52,163 bases of DNA from Clostridiales bacterium (GCA_031273825.1 JAISRB010000092.1:1-52163), one strand, 5' to 3'; shown: positions 26,311-33,741, numbered from the stretch's first letter. A program made the numbers and translations. Notes: a model not told the origin generated them from the letters alone.

Positions 26311-27542
26311 TCCTCCGTTCCTCCCGTTTTGTCTATTCCGTACATTTCAAACATGCGGCTAAGGTCGCCGCAAAGCCGCTTTTTGAGGCGGTCGGAGGCC
26401 TCAAAGGATATAATTCTGCCGATAAAGGTTTTGACCCACGGCATCGCCTCGTTCGCGTCAAAGACGGTCCTTGTAAATTTAAAGGTATTCGCCCCGACGC
26501 GCTCCAAAACGCCGCCTCTGCCCTCCTTGTTTATTCTGTTTATGATATAGCCCTCGCGCCCCTCGTCGATATAGAGAGTCATAGAGAAGCCCGTTTGGTT
26601 TCGCGATTCGCCGTCGAACGACACGCCCCAAACCTTGCCGATATTGCGCGAGAGAGCCTTTTGCGTTTCGTCATAGTTTTCGGCGGGGCCGACGGCTTCG
26701 ACGGATTTTACCGTGTCGAGGCGGTATGTAAAAAATCTCCCGGCCGACGGAATATACGCGCACAAATAGCGTCTGCCGCTTGACAGACCGCACAAAATTT
26801 TTGCGGGAACAACCGTGGGTTTTACCGTTTTTCCGCTTTTTGAGCCGACTAACGCTATTTCTATTTTTTCGCGTCCGCGTATAGCCGTCAGGATATCGTA
26901 TAATACCGCGTCCTCGAGCGTCTGCGCTATATAGCTGTGCTTAAAGACAAAGAGGTCGTTTACCGCGTCCGCGTTATCCAAAATATAGTTTCCGATTACG
27001 CCCAAGCTTCCGCCCTGAAAAAATTTGACCGCGTCTAACAGCTCTTTTTCGGGCTTGACGGCGTTTTGGGAAAGGCCGTAGACGTACTTTTTGCCTATTT
27101 TTTCTCTTGTCAGCAGACCTAAGCCGGCGTATTCGTTGCATTTTCCGCGCACGGTTTGCAGGTCAAACGACCTTTGGCTTTTTTGCGCAATTTCCTCGGT
27201 CAGCTCCTCCGCCGATTTGACGGCGGCTCTCAGCGCGTCAAAGATATAAAAGTGCAGCGTTATGTCGTTTGTCGTAAAGCTCTTGCTTTTCCACGCCGAA
27301 AACAGCGGGTTTGCCGGAATAGCTCCGCAGTCCGCCGAGACAAAGGAGACCTTGCCGCCGCCCGAATAAGTCCATTTCATCGCGTCGCCGAGATAGCTTT
27401 CGCAACGCCGCTTTTCGTTGTCGTAGGTACGCGCGGATTTTATGGAAAAATCGTCGCGCGTCTTGAAGCCGTATATATAGAAGTCGCGCATAAAGCTTCT
27501 TATCTTATTAAAATTTTTGATAAGCTCGGAAAATTCCGCCAT
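26307..27542 (-). CDS. WYL-domain transcriptional regulator paralogue A (N-terminal wHTH-like region, WYL, WCX)
   Basis: The WYL core is VVPAKILCGLSSGRRYLCAYIPSAGRFFTYRLDTVKSVE, and the C-terminal segment is EAMPWVKTFIGRIISFEASDRLKKRL. The stop overlaps the start of paralogue B by 4 nt (ATGA). Confidence 0.7.
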   Translation of the reverse strand: MAEFSELIKNFNKIRSFMRDFYIYGFKTRDDFSIKSARTYDNEKRRCESYLGDAMKWTYSGGGKVSFVSADCGAIPANPLFSAWKSKSFTTNDITLHFYIFDALRAAVKSAEELTEEIAQKSQRSFDLQTVRGKCNEYAGLGLLTREKIGKKYVYGLSQNAVKPEKELLDAVKFFQGGSLGVIGNYILDNADAVNDLFVFKHSYIAQTLEDAVLYDILTAIRGREKIEIALVGSKSGKTVKPTVVPAKILCGLSSGRRYLCAYIPSAGRFFTYRLDTVKSVEAVGPAENYDETQKALSRNIGKVWGVSFDGESRNQTGFSMTLYIDEGREGYIINRINKEGRGGVLERVGANTFKFTRTVFDANEAMPWVKTFIGRIISFEASDRLKKRLCGDLSRMFEMYGIDKTGGTEE

Positions 27543-27570
27543 AGATACCGCACCTCTTTTAATTTATGTA

Positions 27571-27599
27571 ATTATAGCATATAAATAAAGGCAAGTCAA
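27571..27599 (-). promoter_or_regulatory. Near-consensus promoter of the WYL operon
   Basis: On the minus strand: TTGACT (27599-27594), a 17-nt spacer, TATAAT (27576-27571), then an AGAGGTG RBS and the ATG at 27542. Confidence 0.65.
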
Positions 27600-27650
27600 A
27601 TTTATGGGGGTTTATCGATTTTTTAGTCTAAAAACGCGTTATTTTTACCG

Positions 27651-27708
27651 TTCGCAAACTTTTTTATACGCAAAATCGGCAAAATCGTGTTTTCGCAAAT
27701 TTTTTTAT
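27651..27708. promoter_or_regulatory. Two 17-bp direct repeats TTCGCAAAyTTTTTTAT (27651-27667, 27692-27708), 41-bp period, in the WYL/rtcB divergent region; candidate operator
   Basis: Read directly, with one mismatch. A gcaaaatcg-gcaaaatcg mini-repeat lies between them. The proximal copy ends 23 bp upstream of the rtcB -10. Confidence 0.4.
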
Positions 27709-27728
27709 TCGATTATTCGCGGCGGCTT

Positions 27729-27737
27729 TGATATAAT
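27729..27737 (+). promoter_or_regulatory. Extended -10 (TGaTATAAT) of the rtcB promoter; weak -35
   Basis: TG 27729-27730, TATAAT 27732-27737, GGAGGG RBS 27746-27751, ATG 27770. Confidence 0.5.
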
Positions 27738-27769
27738 ATCGGCGTAATCAAAAACGGAGGGCAAAGACA

Positions 27770-29002
27770 ATGCTTACGATAGAGAACGAACAAATGAAAT
27801 TTCCGATTAAGGCGTGGTTAAAGGACGCGGGTCAAGCCGACGGGACCTGCTTAGAGCAGGCGGCGCGTCTTGCGGGGCTGCCGTTCTTACATAAATGGGT
27901 CTGCTTAATGCCCGACGCTCACGCGGGAATGGGAATGCCTATCGGCGGCGTAATCGCGACAAAGGGCGTAATTATTCCCAACGCCGTCGGCGTGGACATC
28001 GGCTGCGGAATGGCTTATGCCGGCACGGACGTCAGGGTAGACGAAATAAAGAATATCTCCGTCGGCAACGGAAGCTTTATTCAGGCTCTCGTCGGCAACA
28101 TACTGCGCGACGTTCCCGTCGGCTTTAACCGCCACAAGACAAAGCAGGCCTGCGCGGCCTTAGACAAGGCAAACGCCGAAATGGATAAATACGCAAAAAA
28201 TCCCGGGCTTGCCGAGCAAATCGAGGCCGGATATTATCAGGCCGGGACGCTCGGCGGCGGCAATCACTTCATCGAAATTCAGCAATCCGACGACGGATAT
28301 TTGGGGATAATGATACATTCGGGCAGCCGCAATTTCGGCAAGCAGATATGCGATTATTATCACAAGGCCGCCCGCGCGCTCAACGAAAGGTGGTATGCTC
28401 CCGTTCCCGACGAGTGGCAGCTGGCGTTTTTGCCGACGGACAGCGAGGAGGGGCGGCAATATATCGACTGGATGAATCTCGCCTTAGAATTCGCCTATGA
28501 AAACCGCGCGCTGATGCTAAAAGCCGTAAAGGACATATTTGACCGCATGATGAAAAAATACGCGGACGCCGACTATCGGTATACCGACGAAATCAATTGC
28601 CATCACAATTACGCCGCCATAGAGCGGCACTACGACGCCAACGTGTGGGTTCACCGCAAGGGCGCGACGAGGGCGAGAGCGGGAGAGCGGGCGGTCATTC
28701 CGGGGGCTATGGGCTCGTTTAGCTACGTTGTCGAGGGCTTGGGAAACGCGGAAAGCTTTTGCTCAAGCTCGCACGGCGCGGGCAGACAATATTCGAGAAA
28801 GGCCGCGATGGAAAATTTTTCGACCGAACGGGTCATGCTCGACCTAAAGGAGCAAGGCGTGGTTTTGGGCAAGGCCGACAAGTCGGACGTCGCCGAGGAA
28901 AGCCGCTTTGCGTACAAAAATATCGACGAAGTAATGGACAATCAAAGAGACCTTGTCAAGGCCGTCACGCGTTTAAAAACCGTCGGCGTAGTCAAGGGCT
29001 AA
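27770..29002 (+). CDS. rtcB: RtcB-family RNA 3'-phosphate/5'-OH ligase
   Basis: Metal and GMP-site motifs are present: PDAHAGMGMPIGGV, GGGNHFIE, HSGSRNFG, NCHHNY and SSSHGAGR. Length is 410 aa. Confidence 0.95.
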   Translation: MLTIENEQMKFPIKAWLKDAGQADGTCLEQAARLAGLPFLHKWVCLMPDAHAGMGMPIGGVIATKGVIIPNAVGVDIGCGMAYAGTDVRVDEIKNISVGNGSFIQALVGNILRDVPVGFNRHKTKQACAALDKANAEMDKYAKNPGLAEQIEAGYYQAGTLGGGNHFIEIQQSDDGYLGIMIHSGSRNFGKQICDYYHKAARALNERWYAPVPDEWQLAFLPTDSEEGRQYIDWMNLALEFAYENRALMLKAVKDIFDRMMKKYADADYRYTDEINCHHNYAAIERHYDANVWVHRKGATRARAGERAVIPGAMGSFSYVVEGLGNAESFCSSSHGAGRQYSRKAAMENFSTERVMLDLKEQGVVLGKADKSDVAEESRFAYKNIDEVMDNQRDLVKAVTRLKTVGVVKG

Positions 29003-29159
29003 AAAAGGTATTAAGGGTCAACGCACCCCAAAAATACATTCGTTCTTATCCTATGCGGACGGTTTTCGACAAAAAGAGCCGTCGCGGCGCCTTTCGCCTT
29101 TGGCGTTTTAGGTGTGCCGGATAATAGCGGATTTTAGCCGTTAGCTTACATCTTAACGG

Positions 29160-29252
29160 CTCAAACAGAGACAGTATCGCGGGTTCAAATCCCGCACCGG
29201 GCAACCGGTTAGCTCAGAGGTAACAGCATGTCTAAATGAATTTCTTTTTGAG
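29160..29252 (+). ncRNA. Circularly permuted tRNA-like RNA element (YrlA-like tRNA mimic); core 29169-29233, true transcript ends unknown
   Basis: AGACA(29169-73)/UGUCU(29229-33) forms the anticodon-stem equivalent. Then come a 5-nt variable loop GUAUC, the T-arm GCGGG-UUCAAAU-CCCGC, an acceptor-like stem ACCGG-GCAA-CCGGU capped by a GNRA loop, UA, a 16-nt D-arm GCUC-AGAGGUAA-CAGC with GG, and A26. Every segment length matches canonical tRNA. An outer helix CUCAAA(29160-65)/UUUGAG(29247-52) is also possible. Confidence 0.75.
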
Positions 29253-29515
29253 AAAGAGACTGTCCTACGGATTTTAGGCAAAGACCTTCGGCGGCGCGCC
29301 GAAACCTTCGGCGCAAGCGCGGCGGCTTTTTTGCCGGCGGCAAGGGGATACCGCTTGTCGCGCCTTATACCCATAACGCTTTTGTTATATCGGGAGCGTA
29401 AGCCGGATAAGACCGCGCCAAGCTAAACCGTCGCCCCGCAAAAAAACCGCGAGGGTCTTTGACCGAAGGTCCAACTATCAAACGCTAAAAATCAAAAAAA
29501 AGGAGAACAAGAAAA

Positions 29516-30634
29516 ATGAAAATTATTATCAAGCAAAACGAGCGCGGCTTTTTATTTAAAAACGGCGCGTACCGCAGGCTGTTGCAGCCCGGCAAAAACG
29601 TAATATATCCATTCTTAGGCGAGACCTGCGTATTCGCGCCCTTAGACAAGCCGATCGACGTGCCGGGCGCCGACGCGGAAATTTTAATGGCGGACAAGGA
29701 CTTCGCTCAAAACGTCGTCAAAATCGACGTACCCGACGGCTGTGTGGCCGTTCGCTTTGAGGAGGGCAGAGTCGCGGGCGCGCACGACGCCGGCAGATAT
29801 TTTTACTTCAACTACTATCAAAACGTCACATACAGGCTTTTTGACGTGTCAAAGGCGGAAATCGAGGGCTTGACCCCGGAGCAAATCAACCGCCTGCCGC
29901 GCGAGCTTTATATCAAGATAATCGTCGCCGAGGGCGAGACGGGGCTGTTGTTTTTGGACGGCAAATTTAGCCGCGCCCTAAACGCGGGCGCGTATTATTT
30001 CTGGAACACAAAGACCGCCGTGACCTGCGAAAAGGTCGATTTGAGAAGTCAGGAGTTAGATATCGGAGGGCAGGAGATTTTGACCGCCGACAAGGTGTCG
30101 CTGCGCGTAAACTTCGTCGCAAGCTACCGCGTCACCGACGCGGTCAAAATGATAAGCGAGGTCAAAAACTACAAGGAGAGGATTTATACGGTGACTCAGC
30201 TTGCCCTGCGCGAGTATATCGGCAAGTTTCGTTTTGACGAGCTTTTGGAGCAAAAGGACAACATCGCGTCAAGCGTGTTGTCGCGGCTTCAAGCCCAAAA
30301 CGGGGAGCTTTGCGTCGAGTTTACAAGCGCGGGCTTAAAGGACGTAATTTTGCCGGGCGAAATCCGCGAGATTATGAATACCGTTTTGGTCGCGGAGAAA
30401 AACGCGCAGGCCAACGTCATCGCCCGCCGCGAGGAGGTCGCCTCGACGAGAAGCCTTCTCAACACGGCAAGGCTCTTAGACGAGAACGCCACGCTTTATA
30501 AGCTAAAGGAGCTGGAGTACTTAGAGAAAATCTGCGACAAGGTCGGCTCTATTTCGGTCGGCGGCGGCAACCTCTTATCGGAGCTTCAAAAAATCGTCGG
30601 CATAACGCCGGCAACAAAACAAAAAGCAAACTAA
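29516..30634 (+). CDS. SPFH/Band-7 (stomatin/slipin-like) domain protein
   Basis: The Band-7 core reads EILTADKVSLRVNFVASYRVTDAVK...AQANVIARREEVASTRSLLNTARLL. An AAGGAG RBS is present. I see no N-terminal TM helix and no NfeD partner gene. Confidence 0.8.
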   Translation: MKIIIKQNERGFLFKNGAYRRLLQPGKNVIYPFLGETCVFAPLDKPIDVPGADAEILMADKDFAQNVVKIDVPDGCVAVRFEEGRVAGAHDAGRYFYFNYYQNVTYRLFDVSKAEIEGLTPEQINRLPRELYIKIIVAEGETGLLFLDGKFSRALNAGAYYFWNTKTAVTCEKVDLRSQELDIGGQEILTADKVSLRVNFVASYRVTDAVKMISEVKNYKERIYTVTQLALREYIGKFRFDELLEQKDNIASSVLSRLQAQNGELCVEFTSAGLKDVILPGEIREIMNTVLVAEKNAQANVIARREEVASTRSLLNTARLLDENATLYKLKELEYLEKICDKVGSISVGGGNLLSELQKIVGITPATKQKAN

Positions 30635-30638
30635 AACA

Positions 30639-30680
30639 AGCCTTGCGCGGTATAAAAAACGCGCAAGGCTCATTTTTTTT
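30639..30680 (+). terminator. Strong intrinsic terminator after the SPFH gene
   Basis: An 11-bp perfect stem agccttgcgcg / cgcgcaaggct is followed by T8. Confidence 0.85.
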
Positions 30681-30861
30681 GGAGGGAGAGTAAACGCATA
30701 TCGGCGCATAATGAAGTATAAGAACTTGACAAGGCGGGTTATACTATGCCGCCCGAAAGAATAGCTAAAAAATAGAATAAAGATTATTTGAAAATGTGCG
30801 GCAATTTAATTTGCAAGCTATATTATCGAAAAGTTTTTTTTGAGAAACACCCGAAAAACGG

Positions 30862-30890
30862 TTGCAAAAAGTTTTTTATAGCTTTATAAT
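30862..30890 (+). promoter_or_regulatory. SigmaA promoter of the four-gene operon
   Basis: TTGCAA (30862-30867), a 17-nt spacer, then TATAAT (30885-30890). Confidence 0.65.
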
Positions 30891-30937
30891 AATGTTGTAT
30901 TAAAGCATTCAGGCTTGCGCGAGAGGAACAACGCACT

Positions 30938-31285
30938 ATGATATTATATCGTCCGGTAGGGCAAAAGGAATTGGACTTGATAGAAAAAAGCCGATATAAG
31001 GAGTTTCCGCCGAGGCTTGAGGGGCAGCCTATTTTTTACCCGGTCGTGAATAAGCAATACGCGCGGCAAATAGCAAGCGAATGGAACGTTAAAGACAAGC
31101 TTTCGGGTTATATCGGCTATGTTGTGGAATTTGAAGTTGACGACGGATATTTGAAACAATACGATATTAAAACGGTCGGGGCGGGCGGGCATAAAGAATA
31201 TTGGATACCCGCCGAAAGGCTGGCGGAGTTTAACGGTCATATAATCGGCCGGATAAGGGTGCTTGAAAAATTTGAAAGCGCCTAA
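30938..31285 (+). CDS. Conserved hypothetical 115-aa protein (YRPVGxKELDLI...FPPRL...QPIFYPV...EYWIPAE family)
   Basis: The sequence type is familiar to me from many bacterial genomes as an uncharacterised family, but I cannot name the family. An AGAGGA RBS is present. Confidence 0.7.
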   Translation: MILYRPVGQKELDLIEKSRYKEFPPRLEGQPIFYPVVNKQYARQIASEWNVKDKLSGYIGYVVEFEVDDGYLKQYDIKTVGAGGHKEYWIPAERLAEFNGHIIGRIRVLEKFESA

Positions 31286-31310
31286 GGAACGAAAACCGAG
31301 GGTTTTTGCA

Positions 31311-31628
31311 ATGTTATTTAAGATGGCAAACGGTATGTGCAGGCTAAAAAAGAAAAACAAGCAAGAGCCGGTTTTTATTCAAAAGCAAGAAACTCCGCCC
31401 GAGCCGCAGTTTAGAGAGGAGACCGTCGCCGTCGTGTGGGGAGAGGACAAGACGCGGTATTGCGAGGTGTTTTTTAAACACGGTTGTTATACATATTACG
31501 GCGAGCAACTTTTTTATGATGACGACGAGGGATATTATTGGTCGCCTAAGTTCAATATGTCCGTAAGCTTTTTTGACACCCTCGACAAGGCAAAGCAAGC
31601 GGCGGAAGCTTTTTTGCGGGGGGAATAA
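31311..31628 (+). CDS. Hypothetical small protein
   Basis: ORF in an operon context. The ATG at 31311 has GAGGG upstream, whereas the track's TTG at 31263 overlaps the previous gene. The stop overlaps the next ATG (TAATG). Confidence 0.5.
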   Translation: MLFKMANGMCRLKKKNKQEPVFIQKQETPPEPQFREETVAVVWGEDKTRYCEVFFKHGCYTYYGEQLFYDDDEGYYWSPKFNMSVSFFDTLDKAKQAAEAFLRGE

Positions 31629-32272
31629 TGAAAACCGTTAAGCTTGAAACAAACGAATATGTTTTGATTAACGAAATCGATATTTCCGAGGATATCGGTT
31701 TGTGCTTATCCGAAATAAAAGAGATAGACGGCGTTTGCGAGAGAAAGCTTGAAAAGGCCGTAAAGCACATTCCGACGGTTGTTCAATTTGTTGTCGGCTT
31801 AGGTGCTTTGACGGTATTGACCGCCGTTTTGATTGTTATAGCCTTTATAAACAAGGAATTATTTTGGTTGTTTTATATCGGCTTATTCGGGGCGGCGTGG
31901 ATTCCTTTGATTGCTTTGGTATTCCGTTGGGAATTCAAAAAGAAAACGACTTTTTTGAAGACCGCCGATATCTATCCGGCGCAGATAACGGGAATGCGCC
32001 GAGAGGAAGAGGCCGTCGATTCGGAGGACGTGATAATGCACGATTATAGATATGCAATCGATTATAATTTGTTTAAGGGCGATGAGATTATCAAGGGGAC
32101 GTTCAAAATGAGAGCCGCGAGCCTTTTCCGCAATTCCGTCGGTTTGGAGGAAGGTCTATATAATTATTACTGCACAAAAAGATATATGTTGATGCTGTTT
32201 AACCCAAAAAACAAAAGAGTCTATCCCGTGCGTTTATATAAAAAACAAGGAATGCCGCATGAAATATTATAA
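31628..32272 (+). CDS. Hypothetical membrane protein (2 TM helices)
   Basis: A GGGGGGA RBS is present. The hydrophobic segments are VVQFVVGLGALTVLTAVLIVIAFI and LFWLFYIGLFGAAWIPLIALVF. Confidence 0.6.
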   Translation: MKTVKLETNEYVLINEIDISEDIGLCLSEIKEIDGVCERKLEKAVKHIPTVVQFVVGLGALTVLTAVLIVIAFINKELFWLFYIGLFGAAWIPLIALVFRWEFKKKTTFLKTADIYPAQITGMRREEEAVDSEDVIMHDYRYAIDYNLFKGDEIIKGTFKMRAASLFRNSVGLEEGLYNYYCTKRYMLMLFNPKNKRVYPVRLYKKQGMPHEIL

Positions 32273-33059
32273 ATTGAGCTTTAGAGCAAAAAAAGACGAT
32301 TTTGACCGTGACGCCGACGTCTATTTAGTAGAGGAGTATTTGGGCTGTCTTTATAAAAACGGACAAATAGTAGATTATGACGGCATGTTTGTCAAGGACG
32401 GTTTTGTATATTGCCACGCGACCTTGCCCGAGGCGGACGCGCTGTCAAGGACAAACGACAACAAATATGTCGCGGAAGGGCGTGATAAGGTCGGGCAAAT
32501 ATTTGAAATCGGCTTAGAGGAGCCGCTCGGCGACGATTGGCACTTGGACTTGGAGGCTTGCCGCTGTGAGTCGCCGAGCCGTTATATGCTCGATTGCGGC
32601 CCTTGCCATGACGACAGCCCGATAACCTGTTGCGATTGCATGTCTCCGATTCCGCTCTATAGACTGCCAAAAATATTCGGCGAGGAGGAGTTTTATACGC
32701 TTCGCGAATTTGAAAGAGAATGCAAGGCAATCGGGGAGCTGTGGCTGTCGGGTCTGAATGATAAATTTACCTTTAAGCAGAGAAACGACCCGTCCTCGCA
32801 ATTGGCCAAAAAAGGCCGCAAAATCTGCAAGGCCTTTGAAAAAGCGACGGGAAAGCCGTTCTATTATTTTTTATCGTTTGACTATTGGTCTTTTTTTTAC
32901 GACAAAAAAGACAACTGTCAAGAACACCCCGCCCCTAAGGAATGTCCGTCCTGCGGCAAAAATTGGGAGGTCAAAAAAGGGGAGTCGGTTGTCGGATATA
33001 GGTGCGACGCTTGCCGGCTACTCTCCCAAAAAAACCGAGATTTGCAAGCGGAGGAGTGA
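32259..33059 (+). CDS. Cys-rich Zn-ribbon protein (DUF2310-like by recollection)
   Basis: The Cys clusters are [27 protein letters not shown] and CPSCGKNW...YRCDACRL. The N-terminal ...NGQIVDYDG...[10 protein letters not shown] resembles the DUF2310 pattern. It overlaps the previous gene by 14 nt. Confidence 0.6.
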   Translation: MKYYKLSFRAKKDDFDRDADVYLVEEYLGCLYKNGQIVDYDGMFVKDGFVYCHATLPEADALSRTNDNKYVAEGRDKVGQIFEIGLEEPLGDDWHLDLEACRCESPSRYMLDCGPCHDDSPITCCDCMSPIPLYRLPKIFGEEEFYTLREFERECKAIGELWLSGLNDKFTFKQRNDPSSQLAKKGRKICKAFEKATGKPFYYFLSFDYWSFFYDKKDNCQEHPAPKECPSCGKNWEVKKGESVVGYRCDACRLLSQKNRDLQAEE

Positions 33060-33162
33060 AAGAACAAAGAGGGGGCGGTTTGCCGTCCCCCATAGAAACC
33101 GATCGGTTAAGTCCGCAAAAACGAAAAAGCCGCCCCCGTCGGTTAAGGCGGGGGCGTTTTTT

Positions 33163-33238
33163 TGGTGGAGATGAGGGGGATCGAACCCCTGACCTATGCG
33201 TTGCGAACGCATCGCTCTACCAACTGAGCCACACCCCC
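33163..33238 (-). tRNA. tRNA-Ala (anticodon CGC)
   Basis: The reverse complement is GGGGGTG-TG-GCTCAGTTGGTAGAGC-G-ATGCG-TTCGCAA-CGCAT-AGGTC-AGGGGTTCGATCCCCT-CATCTCC-ACCA. It contains the G3:U70 alanine identity pair. Confidence 0.9.
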
Positions 33239-33256
33239 AAAAAAATTGACAATATG

Positions 33257-33265
33257 ATTATATCA
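33257..33265 (-). promoter_or_regulatory. Extended -10 (TGaTATAAT) for tRNA-Ala
   Basis: The minus strand reads tatgaTATAATcatattgtcaattttttt followed by the tRNA. Confidence 0.45.
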
Positions 33266-33362
33266 TATTTTTTGAGAAAAACAAAAGATTTTTGCGGGGT
33301 TTTTAAAAAAAGTTAAAAAACGGCGCGGAATCTAAACTCAAACGACCGGCGCGGCAAGGCTC

Positions 33363-33470
33363 ATAGTTCAAAAGGTTTGAGCGGATACGCAAGGGCGGAG
33401 GGCGGAGGGCGGTTTGCGAGGTTTAATACCGCAAGGTTTATAGTTCAAAAGGTTTGAGCGGATACGCAAG
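33363..33470. repeat. Two 31-bp perfect direct repeats atagttcaaaaggtttgagcggatacgcaag (33363-33393, 33440-33470) with a (ggcggag)n tract between them
   Basis: Read directly, with a 77-bp period. The region is intergenic between tRNA-Ala and the tRNA operon. Confidence 0.85.
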
Positions 33471-33566
33471 AGCGGCGCTACGGAGGCTCAAAATAGCGCG
33501 TCGGGGGCGGTTTATAAATTTAAAAGCCTAAATTTCAGGGTTTTTATCTTTTTTGCCTCAAATCAT

Positions 33567-33595
33567 TTGACAAACATAGTTTTTTCGTATAAAAT
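33567..33595 (+). promoter_or_regulatory. SigmaA promoter of the tRNA operon
   Basis: TTGACA (33567-33572), a 17-nt spacer, then TAAAAT (33590-33595). Confidence 0.65.
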
Positions 33596-33642
33596 AATAT
33601 GGCTGTGAAAGTGTGGTAAAAGGTTTGTCGCAGTTTTTACGT

Positions 33643-33718
<76 letters not shown>

Positions 33719-33741
33719 TTTTTTTATTCTTTTATTTTTTT

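Noticed and set aside
29169-29233. Genuine tRNA, permuted tRNA gene or two-piece tmRNA
   Set aside because: The acceptor stem is closed by a GNRA loop. There is no CCA or discriminator, no anticodon loop, and no tag-peptide ORF or pseudoknots.
29153-29374. 73-aa minus-strand ORF in the rtcB-SPFH gap
   Set aside because: It overlaps the tRNA-like fold, is Arg-rich and has no RBS. The region is better explained as structured RNA.
30640-33240. tRNA-Ala-targeted genomic island with an att duplication
   Set aside because: I looked for a second copy of the tRNA-Ala 3' end (tggtggagatgaggggga...). I found only a weak resemblance near 30680. No integrase gene is present.
32758-33316. ORFs 32758-33174 and 33002-33316 (+) and 33018-33212 (-)
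   Set aside because: They overlap the Zn-ribbon gene in another frame and run through the tRNA-Ala gene. They are basic and low-complexity.
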